A stretch of DNA of 40,520 nt from NCBI GenBank assembly GCA_963697335.1, contig CAVONQ010000017.1, forward strand, positions 1 to 40,520. The letters run 5' to 3'. The translations under genes and the position numbers were made by a program. Origin of the DNA: an uncultured cyanobacterium. Lineage in GTDB: Bacteria; Cyanobacteriota; Cyanobacteriia; PCC-6307; Cyanobiaceae. Within the stretch, counting starts at the first letter, position 1. Every line of letters begins with the position of its first letter. The notes under the pieces were generated by a model that worked only from the letters and a program-made list of their open reading frames with translations, ran no database searches and was not told where the DNA came from. Shown in pieces: positions 21,983-30,375 of the stretch.

Positions 21983-22441
21983 ATGCTGCCCGCCCTGCGG
22001 ACCCTTGCCCAGCGGCTGCTGCCACCTCTGCTGCCACCGCTGCTCGCACCCCTGCTGTGCCTGCTGCTGCTGTTGCCGATCAGCGGCTGCGGCGCCGTCG
22101 GCCAGCCGCCCCGGGGGGTGCTGCTGAGTGCCCTGGCCCTGCAGATCCAGCTCACCCAGGGGTCGATCGCCCAGTCCCTGGGCCTGGAGCCCGTCGGCGT
22201 TCCGGAGGTGAGCCGGGTGCGGGTGAGTGAGCAGCAGGCGGTGGCGATCGGCGAGGCCCGCGGCCTGCGGCTCAGCGGCAGCTTCGACTGGCGCCTGCCG
22301 GGCGATCGGGTGCGGGTGGACAGCCCCTTCGAGCTCTACCTGCAACGGGGCGAGCGGGGCGAGAGCTGGCGGCTGGCCCGCCCCAGCGGTGCCATCGGCG
22401 GCGACACCCAGCTCTGGCTCACCGACCCCCTGCCCTCCTGA
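21983..22441 (+). CDS. putative lipoprotein
   Basis: Leu-rich signal with lipobox-like ISGC and C-terminal ESWRLARP. Confidence 0.65.
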   Translation: MLPALRTLAQRLLPPLLPPLLAPLLCLLLLLPISGCGAVGQPPRGVLLSALALQIQLTQGSIAQSLGLEPVGVPEVSRVRVSEQQAVAIGEARGLRLSGSFDWRLPGDRVRVDSPFELYLQRGERGESWRLARPSGAIGGDTQLWLTDPLPS

Positions 22442-22474
22442 GGGGTGGCCCAGACCCTGCTCCCACCGTGAAGC

Positions 22475-23356
22475 TCAGCCGCCCCTGATGCTCAGCAGGG
22501 TGGCGCCCAGCACCAGGGCGGCGGCCAGCAGCAGGGAGGGGGCGAGGGTCTCCTGGAACCAGAACACGCCCCACAGCGCCGCCAGGGGCACCTGCACGTA
22601 GCTCATCGCCGTGGCGCGGCCGGCGGCCATGCCCATCAGGCCATAGGTGAGGCCCAGCTGCCCCAGCTGGGTGAACAGCCCCACCCCCAGCAGCCAGGCG
22701 AACTCCACGCCGGTGGGCTGCACCGGCTCCAGCAGCACCAGGGGCAGGCTGATCGGCAGGGCCATCAGCGGGAAGTAGAACACCACCACCAGGGGATGCT
22801 CGCTGCGGCGCAGGGCCCTCACACTCACGTAGGCCAGGGCCGAGAGCAGGGCGCCGGCCAGGGCGAGCAGCAAGGGCAGCGTGGGCAGCTGTTCGGAGAG
22901 GGCCGCCAGCCCATCGCCCGATGGGATGGTGAGCACCCCCACCCCGAGCAGGCCCAGCAGCACCGCCGCCCCCACCCGCCAGCCGGGCCGTTCGCCCAGC
23001 AGGGGCCAGGCCAGCAGCGCCGTGAAGGTGGGGTGGAGGTACTGCAGCAGCGTGGCCACCGCCAGGGGCAGGCCGGCGATGGCCTGATAGATGCAGTAGA
23101 GCCCTGCCGTTCCGAGCAGGCCCCGCCCCATCAGCAGCCCGCGGCGGTTCCCCCAGGGATCGATCCCGGCCCGGCCCAGCAGCCACCAGCTGATCAGCAC
23201 GCTCACCACGGCCCGGGCCAGCACCACCTCCGACACCGGCAGGCGCCCCCCCAGGGCCTTGACGCACACCCCCATCAGGCTGAAGGCCAGGGCACTGCCC
23301 AGCATCCACAGGGGCGCCCAGTTGTGGTGGCGTCCGGCAGAATGGGGCCGATTCAA
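22475..23356 (-). CDS. DMT/EamA-family transporter
   Basis: About ten hydrophobic helices with a duplicated EamA pattern (PLAVATLLQYLHP, LLGERP). Start uncertain (23356 TTG or 23305 ATG). Confidence 0.85.
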   Translation of the reverse strand: MNRPHSAGRHHNWAPLWMLGSALAFSLMGVCVKALGGRLPVSEVVLARAVVSVLISWWLLGRAGIDPWGNRRGLLMGRGLLGTAGLYCIYQAIAGLPLAVATLLQYLHPTFTALLAWPLLGERPGWRVGAAVLLGLLGVGVLTIPSGDGLAALSEQLPTLPLLLALAGALLSALAYVSVRALRRSEHPLVVVFYFPLMALPISLPLVLLEPVQPTGVEFAWLLGVGLFTQLGQLGLTYGLMGMAAGRATAMSYVQVPLAALWGVFWFQETLAPSLLLAAALVLGATLLSIRGG

Positions 23357-23378
23357 CCCCCACCGGTAGCGCCACTCC

Positions 23379-25532
23379 TTGAGCCAGCCCGCGCTCCATC
23401 CCCGCCTGCATCCGCGCACGATCGAGGCCGTCAAGGAGCGTGCGGACATCGTCGATGTGGTGGGGGAGCACGTGGTGCTCAAGAAGAAGGGGCGCGAGTT
23501 CGTGGGGATCTGCCCCTTCCACGACGACACCTCGCCGTCGATGACGGTGTCGCCGGCCAAGCAGTTCTACTACTGCTTCTCCTGCGGCGCCGGCGGCAAC
23601 GCCATCAAGTTCCTGATGGAGCTGCAGCGCCACAGCTTCAGCGATGTGGTGCTGGAGCTGGCGCGCAAGTACCAGCTGCCGGTGGAAACGCTGGACGGCC
23701 CCCAGCAGGAGCGGCTGCGCAAGCAGCTCTCCCGCCGCGAGCAGCTGCACCGGGTGCTGAACCTGGCGTCGGGCTGGTTCCGCAGCCAGCTGCGCGCCCC
23801 CGGGGGCGCGGCGGCCCTGGACTACCTGCGCCAGCAGCGGGGCCTGAGTGAGGGCACGATCGAGGCCTTCGAGCTCGGTTTCGCCCCCGATCGCTGGGAT
23901 GGGCTGCTGAACCACCTGGTGCAGGTGGAGGGGGTGGCACCGGAATGGCTGGAGGCCGCCGGCCTGGTGGCGGCCCGCAAGGGGGAGGCCGGGGACAGCC
24001 GCCGTGGGCACTACGACCGCTTCCGCGGCCGGGTCATGGTGCCGATCCGCGACCGCCAGGGGCGGGTGATCGGCTTCGGCGGTCGCAGCCTCGATGGCGG
24101 CGAGCCCAAATACCTCAACTCCCCGGAAACGGAGGTGTTCGAGAAGGGGCAACACCTGTTCGGCCTGGATCGGGCCGCCAACGAGATCCGCCGCGATGAC
24201 CGGGCGGTGGTGGTGGAGGGCTACTTCGATGTGATCGCCCTGCATGCCGCCGGCATCACCAATGCGGTGGCCTCCCTGGGCACGGCCCTCAGCCGCCAGC
24301 AGATCACCCAGCTGTGCCGCTGCTGCGAGAGCCGCCGCCTGATCCTCAACTTCGACAGCGACGGCGCCGGCGTGAGAGCGGCCCAGCGGGCCATCGGTGA
24401 GGTGGAGCAGCTGGCGCTGCAGGGGCAGCTGGAGCTGCGGGTGCTGCACCTGCCGGCCGGGAAGGATCCCGATGAGTTCCTCAAGCAGCAGGGCGCCGGC
24501 GACTACCGCGCCCTGCTGGATCAGGCGCCCCAGTGGCTCGACTGGCAGATCGAGCAGGTGCTGGAGGGCAAGGACCTGGCCCGCTCGGATCAGTTCCAGC
24601 AGGCGGTGAGCGCCCTGGTGGCCCTGCTCGGCAAGCTGCCCCAGAGCGCCGTGCGCAGCCACTACCTGCAGCAGGTGGCCGAGCGGCTCAGTGGCGGCCA
24701 GGCCAGGCTGGCGATCCAGCTGGAGGACGACCTGCGCCAGCAGGTGAAGGGCCAGCGCTGGCACGGCCGCTCCCAGAAGTGGGAGCAGCCCGGCGAGGCG
24801 GGCCTGCGGGAGCGCGCCGAGGCGGAGGTGTTGCGGCTCTACCTGCACTGCCCGCCGGAACGGCCCCGGATCCGGGCCGAGCTGCGCCGCCATGAGCTGG
24901 AGGACTTCGGCCTGGCCCACCACCGCCAGCTCTGGGCCGCCATCTGCGCCCTGGAGGAGGACAACCTGGGCGCTGGCCGCCTGGAGGCCGTGAACCGGGG
25001 CCTCGATGCCGGCCTCGACCTGGCCGACCTGGAGCTGCCCCGCCTGCTCAGCGACCAGCTGCTGGTGGAGGAGAGCAGCCTGCTGGCGCGGCTCACACCC
25101 CTGATCGAGCCCAGCGAACTGCAGCAGCTGCACCTGGGCCAGCCGCAGCTGCAACTGCGCGGTGCCCTGGCCTCCCTGGAGCGCCAGCGCAGCCTGAAGC
25201 GTTGCCGCCATCTGCTCGATGCCTGGAGCAGCCAGCGCCTGGAAACCCTGGAGCGCTGCATCGCCCGCCTGCTGGAGCTGGAGCGCAGCGAAGAGCACAC
25301 CGGGCTGGTGCCGATCGGCGACATGGAGGGCCGCATCGACCAGCTGTTCGCCGAGCTCAACAGCGATGCCCTGCGCTTTCAGGAGCTGTACTACAACGAG
25401 CGCCGCTATCTCGAGGCCCTCGATGCCCGGCGGCGGGCGGGCTATGCCGAGCTGGAGGCCGGCCCGGCTGAGGTCATCCCCCTGGAGCAGGCCCGAGCTC
25501 CAGGCCATCCCGGGGTGGCGCTGGGGGCCTGA
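23379..25532 (+). CDS. dnaG: DNA primase
   Basis: Zn finger CPFHDD...CFSC, KYLNSPET, TOPRIM VVEGYFDV and NFDSDGAG. Confidence 0.97.
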   Translation: MSQPALHPRLHPRTIEAVKERADIVDVVGEHVVLKKKGREFVGICPFHDDTSPSMTVSPAKQFYYCFSCGAGGNAIKFLMELQRHSFSDVVLELARKYQLPVETLDGPQQERLRKQLSRREQLHRVLNLASGWFRSQLRAPGGAAALDYLRQQRGLSEGTIEAFELGFAPDRWDGLLNHLVQVEGVAPEWLEAAGLVAARKGEAGDSRRGHYDRFRGRVMVPIRDRQGRVIGFGGRSLDGGEPKYLNSPETEVFEKGQHLFGLDRAANEIRRDDRAVVVEGYFDVIALHAAGITNAVASLGTALSRQQITQLCRCCESRRLILNFDSDGAGVRAAQRAIGEVEQLALQGQLELRVLHLPAGKDPDEFLKQQGAGDYRALLDQAPQWLDWQIEQVLEGKDLARSDQFQQAVSALVALLGKLPQSAVRSHYLQQVAERLSGGQARLAIQLEDDLRQQVKGQRWHGRSQKWEQPGEAGLRERAEAEVLRLYLHCPPERPRIRAELRRHELEDFGLAHHRQLWAAICALEEDNLGAGRLEAVNRGLDAGLDLADLELPRLLSDQLLVEESSLLARLTPLIEPSELQQLHLGQPQLQLRGALASLERQRSLKRCRHLLDAWSSQRLETLERCIARLLELERSEEHTGLVPIGDMEGRIDQLFAELNSDALRFQELYYNERRYLEALDARRRAGYAELEAGPAEVIPLEQARAPGHPGVALGA

Positions 25533-25643
25533 GGGCAGCTGGGGCCGGAGCCGCCCGTGGATCCAGGAGCAGGGCCTTGATGGTGGCGACACAGTTGATG
25601 GCTGCCGCTCCTGGAGTTGCCTCATCACGACAAGGCAGCAACC

Positions 25644-25826
25644 ATTGCAGCGAAGAAACCCAGCATCCTGATTCTCTGGAGCGATGACGAGGGCTAGTGG
25701 ACTATCAGCTGCAACAGCCGTGGTCAGATGGGCTGGCGCCCGCCGAATATCGATCACCTGGCCAACTTGGGTGCGACGTTGACCGACCCCTAGGCTCAGC
25801 AGAGCTGCACGGCGGTGCGGGCCGCC
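25644..25826 (+). pseudogene. arylsulfatase N-terminal remnant
   Basis: Reads AKKPSILILWSDDEG*WTISCNSRGQMGWRPPNIDHLANLGATLTDP*AQQSCTAVRAA, matching the sulfatase KPNIL..DD / TPNID / CxAxR pattern, with two in-frame stops and truncation. Confidence 0.8.
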
Positions 25827-25909
25827 AGGTGTTGCCGCAGCAGGGAAATCCCGACTGCAGTGCCCCTGCAGGAGCAGTTCCGCGATTGCACCAGGCGCGG
25901 CGGCATTCT

Positions 25910-28294
25910 TTACGACAAGGAGTGGATCTGCTGGCGCGATGAGGCGAGCCGACGATCAAGCAGGCCCGCCAGCAGCAGGGCGAGCGCCGTGGTGATCAGC
26001 ACCGTGAGGATCTCGGAAGGCTGCAGCGGGGCGAGACTGAGCAGCTGCTGCAAGCCGGGAATGGCCAGCAGCAACAGCCAGAGCCCCAGGCCGATGCCGG
26101 CACCGGCGGCGGTGATGCGGCTGCGGGGATCCCCGTTCAGCCACACCAGCCCACCGCCGGCGAGCAGCAGCAGCGAGAACACCAGGCTGCGGTGGGTGGC
26201 GGCGTCGGACTCGGGCCAGAAGACCAGCACGAGGGCGGCCGCCATCACCACGACGCCCTGGCTGAGCGCACGGCGCCAGGTGTCGGGTCCGAACAGGGGC
26301 GCCTCCGGCGGGCGGGGGGGCTGCCGCATCAGGCCCGGTGTGGCGGGCAGCGCCTCGAACACCACCGTGCAGGCCGGATCGATCACCAGGTGCAGCAGGG
26401 CGATGTGCACCGGCAGCAGGATCAGCGCCTGGCCGCTCAGCAGCAGGGGCACCAGGCCGAGCGCCGCGATCGGCAGGTGGATCGCCAGGGTGTAGCCCAG
26501 GGCCCGATGCAGGTTGGCGTCGACACGCCGGCCCAGCTTCAGGGCCGCCACCAGATCGCTGAAGGTGTCGTTGAGCAGCACCAGATCGGCGGATTCGCGC
26601 GCCACGGCGGTGCCGCGCTTGCCCATCGCCACGCCGATGTCGGCGGCCTTGAGGGCAGGGGCGTCATTGACGCCATCGCCGGTCATCGCCACCACTTCAC
26701 CGGCGGCCTGCAGCGCACGCACCAGCTGCAGCTTCTGCTGGGGCATCACCCGGGCGAACACCGTCACCTCGCGGATGCTGACAGCCAGTTCCTGTGCCGA
26801 GAGGGTGTCCAGCTCCGGGCCGGAGAGCACCGGACCGGGCGGCAGGCCCGCCTGATCGGCGATCGAGCGGGCCGTCACGGGGCTGTCACCGGTGATCATC
26901 ACGATCCGAACGCCAGCACCCCGCGCCGTGGCGATCGCCGCGGGCACATCCGTGCGCAGCGGATCCGCCAGGGCCACGAACCCCAGCGGCTCGAACAGGT
27001 AGCCGTGCACATGATCCGGCAGCGCGCCGCCGTCTGCGGACGGCTGGCCTTCGTGCACCGGCACGCCATCGAGCCCGCGGGCCACCGCCAGCACCCGCAG
27101 CCCCCTGGCGGCGAGCCCATCGGCGGCGGCCAGCAGGGCGGTGGTCTGCCCGCCATCGAGGTGACACAGATCGGCGATCGCCTCGGGCGCCCCCTTGGCG
27201 GCCAGCTGCAGGCTGCCTTCGCCGTCGTGCCAGAGGCGGGAGAACACCAGCAGATCGCTCTGCAGGGGGTATTCCCGCTCAAGGGGCCAGTCGGGATGGA
27301 GGTGTTCGGTGCCGCCGAGGTGGTCGGCGGCCAGGCGCTGGATCGCCAGTTCCATGGCATCCACCGGATCACCGCGGCTGGCCAGCACCGCCAGCTCGAG
27401 CAGCTGATGAACCGGTTCCTCCAGAGTCTCCCCCGCCTGCCAGCCCTCCAGCTGCGGCCAGGTGAGCAGCTGCTGCACCCCCATGCGGTTCTCGGTGAGC
27501 GTGCCGGTCTTGTCGACGGCAAGCACGGTGGCGCTACCGAGGCTCTCCACCGCCGCGGGCCAGCGGGCCAGCACCCCGATCCGGGCCAGGCGCAGGGCGC
27601 CGAGGGCCAGGAACAGGGCCAGCACCACGGGAATTTCGTTGGGCAGCACCGCCAGGGCCAGGGCCAGGGCAGCGAGCAGGGCCTGGGGCCAGTCGCCGCT
27701 GAGTGCTCCCTGGATCACCGCCAGGGCCGCGCAGAGCCCCAGCGCCAGCAGGGTGAGGCGTCCGGTGAGGCGACGGGTCTGGCGCTGCAGCCGGGTGGGC
27801 GGTGGTTGCACCGTGGCCAGGCTGCTGCCGAGCCGGCCCAGTTCGGTGGCGCCGGCCACGGCCACCACCTCGGCCCAGCCGCGGCCACTGGCCACCAGCG
27901 AACCCGCCAGGATCTGCTCCCCGGGCGTGGTGCGGGCAACCGGCAGCGATTCACCGGTGAGCAGCGATTCATCCAGCCACAACCCCACCGCCTCGGTGAT
28001 GGCGGCGTCGGCGGCCACCCGATCGCCTTCCTCCAGCCGCAGCAGATCGCCCACACGCACCTGCTCGGCGGGCAGGTCGAGCTCCTGGCCTTCGCGCCGC
28101 ACGTGGGCGCGGGGTGCCGAGAGGCGGGCCAGCTCGGCCAGGGCATGGTTGCTGCGCTGCTGCTGGACGGCATCCAGCAGGCTGATGCCCAGCACGAATA
28201 CCAGCAGGATGCCGCCATCGACCCATTCCCCGATCAGGCCGTAGATCAGGGCACAGGCCAGCAGCAGCAGGTTGGTGGGCTCCAGCCAGCTCAT
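25910..28294 (-). CDS. cation-translocating P-type ATPase
   Basis: DESLLTGES, DKTGTLT, KGAPE, MITGD and TGDGVNDAPALK. TM4 reads PNEIPVV. Short N-terminus. Confidence 0.92.
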   Translation of the reverse strand: MSWLEPTNLLLLACALIYGLIGEWVDGGILLVFVLGISLLDAVQQQRSNHALAELARLSAPRAHVRREGQELDLPAEQVRVGDLLRLEEGDRVAADAAITEAVGLWLDESLLTGESLPVARTTPGEQILAGSLVASGRGWAEVVAVAGATELGRLGSSLATVQPPPTRLQRQTRRLTGRLTLLALGLCAALAVIQGALSGDWPQALLAALALALAVLPNEIPVVLALFLALGALRLARIGVLARWPAAVESLGSATVLAVDKTGTLTENRMGVQQLLTWPQLEGWQAGETLEEPVHQLLELAVLASRGDPVDAMELAIQRLAADHLGGTEHLHPDWPLEREYPLQSDLLVFSRLWHDGEGSLQLAAKGAPEAIADLCHLDGGQTTALLAAADGLAARGLRVLAVARGLDGVPVHEGQPSADGGALPDHVHGYLFEPLGFVALADPLRTDVPAAIATARGAGVRIVMITGDSPVTARSIADQAGLPPGPVLSGPELDTLSAQELAVSIREVTVFARVMPQQKLQLVRALQAAGEVVAMTGDGVNDAPALKAADIGVAMGKRGTAVARESADLVLLNDTFSDLVAALKLGRRVDANLHRALGYTLAIHLPIAALGLVPLLLSGQALILLPVHIALLHLVIDPACTVVFEALPATPGLMRQPPRPPEAPLFGPDTWRRALSQGVVVMAAALVLVFWPESDAATHRSLVFSLLLLAGGGLVWLNGDPRSRITAAGAGIGLGLWLLLLAIPGLQQLLSLAPLQPSEILTVLITTALALLLAGLLDRRLASSRQQIHSLS

Positions 28295-28516
28295 GGGGTC
28301 TCCGCTCGTGCCTTCCCTCTAGCGGGGTCTGCCTGCCAGGGCGATCAACCCCTGCTCTTTCTGTCGATTCCACCGCCTCGGCTGGCCGCGGAATGGTTGG
28401 GGGACGCCGCCAGGGGCCGATTCCGCGCGCCTGGCAGCAGTGCCGAACGGGGTGCGGATGCAGGCGGCGCTGCCATTGCAGCGCGATAGGATTGACAGCA
28501 CAACATCACCATCGTG

Positions 28517-29797
28517 ATGACAGAGAGAAGCCCTCTGAAAGGGTTTGATTGTCTTCACTACAAGCCCCGGGGCGATAAGCGGAACACCCTGTTTTTCGAG
28601 GAGTTTCTGCCGCAGGTCTACGAACGCCGGGCCCGCAGCGGCATCGACGAACTGGTGGGGTCGATGGCAGCTGTGGTGATTCAGGTTGACCATGGCCATG
28701 CGGTGGCCTACATGGCGGAACTGGCCCTGATGGGCCCCTACAGGTTTCGGGAATGCTGGTTGATGGCCACCCATCGGGTCCATCTGCTGGCCGCGGATCC
28801 GCGTTGGCCACGGCTGATCCTGCTGGAGCCGCTGACGGGCGAATTCGAGGATGAGATCACACGCTGGAATGGCATGTATCCGCTGGCGATGAAGCGCCCG
28901 AATGCCAGATATGTGGGCGAAGTGTACTCCACGAGCTCAGCTAAAGCCACGCGCGAGGTCCTGGAGTCACAGAACATCCGCTTTGTCTACCCAGGTGATA
29001 CCAGAAATCCGTTCTATGCCCACCAGCACTATGCCCACGACCATCTGATCTTCACCTTTCTCTCGGATCACACCTACAACCGCGTGGGGTACGTTGATCT
29101 GCCGCTGGATTCCCTGGCGCCGCTGGACCTCGGCGACCGGGTGCTGCTCGATGACGACACCGAGCGCCCGATCGTGGAAGCGGCTGAACGCCATGCCCAG
29201 CTGGGGCTTGAGGGGAAGGTGCTGGGGCTGGATCACATGGCCACCCGGGTGCTGGCGGGCGATCGGGAGGATGCCATTCTTGAGTATCTCACGATGGTGC
29301 CCTACTACTTCTGGGGCGCTTACAACATCAATGAGATGAATTCGTCCACCAATGTGACGCGAGACCCCAGGGTTGACGACGACAAGCTTTCACCGGCGCG
29401 AGTGTTCACAGCCAACAACACGCCCTCCTATCTGAATTCACTCGTGAACCTGCCGATGCCCACCGAAGACTTCGTGCGCAACTTCGGGCGGCGCATGCAT
29501 CATCTTGCCCTGGAGGTGGCCGATGGCGAGGTGGATGGCATCAAGAATGTCGATTTCGTGGTGGGCCAGCTGCGTTCAGCAGGTGTGTCTTTTCTGGCCG
29601 ATGTGGTGGGTGAATGCAGCGATCAGCCCAATCTCAAGCAGATCTTTTCCAAGAGCTCAACCTACTCACTGCTCATCACCGAGTATGTGCAGCGCTGCAT
29701 GGGGTATGAGGGATTCTTCACCCGCGCCAATGTGGCCTCACTCACGGAAGCCGCTGGCCATGCGGAGCGCTATCGGCACGGCAACGTGTTCGACTGA
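28517..29797 (+). CDS. divergent VOC-fold protein resembling 4-hydroxyphenylpyruvate dioxygenase
   Basis: LDHMATRV, MHHLALEV and LKQIFSK...TEYVQR..GYEGFF..NV match the His/His/Glu metal triad and C-terminus of HPPD-like enzymes. Confidence 0.6.
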   Translation: MTERSPLKGFDCLHYKPRGDKRNTLFFEEFLPQVYERRARSGIDELVGSMAAVVIQVDHGHAVAYMAELALMGPYRFRECWLMATHRVHLLAADPRWPRLILLEPLTGEFEDEITRWNGMYPLAMKRPNARYVGEVYSTSSAKATREVLESQNIRFVYPGDTRNPFYAHQHYAHDHLIFTFLSDHTYNRVGYVDLPLDSLAPLDLGDRVLLDDDTERPIVEAAERHAQLGLEGKVLGLDHMATRVLAGDREDAILEYLTMVPYYFWGAYNINEMNSSTNVTRDPRVDDDKLSPARVFTANNTPSYLNSLVNLPMPTEDFVRNFGRRMHHLALEVADGEVDGIKNVDFVVGQLRSAGVSFLADVVGECSDQPNLKQIFSKSSTYSLLITEYVQRCMGYEGFFTRANVASLTEAAGHAERYRHGNVFD

Positions 29798-29970
29798 CAC
29801 CCGAACACGCGACGGTCAGGGAGTGGCTGGAGCAGGGGTAGGGCTCTGCCCGTCTGGATGGCTGGTCTGCGTAGAAACGCTGCAGCTTGCCTGCGATCGT
29901 GGCCATTTCGCTTCCCCCCCGCCCTCAACCTGCCACCACCAGCTGCGGATGGAGCATCCCTGGAACCTCC

Positions 29971-30051
29971 GTGGTTGCGTTCAGCCGATGGCTGGTAGGC
30001 GATGACGTAGGCCCATTCCGCCAGGAGAGTCTTGATCAGTCGTTCCGCCTT
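29971..30051 (-). mobile_element. IS481-family transposase remnant
   Basis: KAERLIKTLLAEWAYVIAYQPSAERN resembles the KAERFIKTLL.EWAY segment of IS481 integrase cores. No other IS part recognised. Confidence 0.65.
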
Positions 30052-30125
30052 AGGCAAAGCCATGAATGGCAGGGTGCTGCTGGTGAGCGGATCCAAGCAG
30101 TGGGTGGTGTCGCCCGGCCCAGAGG

Positions 30126-30276
30126 CGAACACCCAGCTGCCGCGCTAACTGTGGTGGATGGAGCGCTGCCCCAGGGATGAGGCTTCGCGGCTGAGGCTCT
30201 GGCTCTCCCAGTGGACCCCGCGTGGGGAGATGGCGACGTCGTTGTATCGGGTGGAGGAGGACAGGTCACCCTGGGT
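30126..30276 (-). pseudogene. R0: degenerate DUF3427 fragment
   Basis: TQGDLSSSTRYNDVAISPRGVHWESQSLSREASSLGQRSIHHS*RGSWV. Nucleotide similarity to R1 (gtggtggatgg.gcgctgcc...gatgaggcttcgcgg and ggctctggctctcccagtgga). Confidence 0.8.
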
Positions 30277-30375
30277 GGCCCCCCAGGACCTGAGCGGCAT
30301 CCATGCCTTGTTGATGGCCGACACTCCACTGCCTTCAGGCGGGCCATCCTGAAGGCCACCCAGCCTGTTGATCCG

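Noticed and set aside
22419..25757. 1112-aa minus-strand ORF and other long antisense ORFs (for example 735-2462, 7786-9513, 26192-28489)
   Set aside because: These are shadow frames opposite well-supported genes, expected in high-GC DNA, and show no recognisable motifs.
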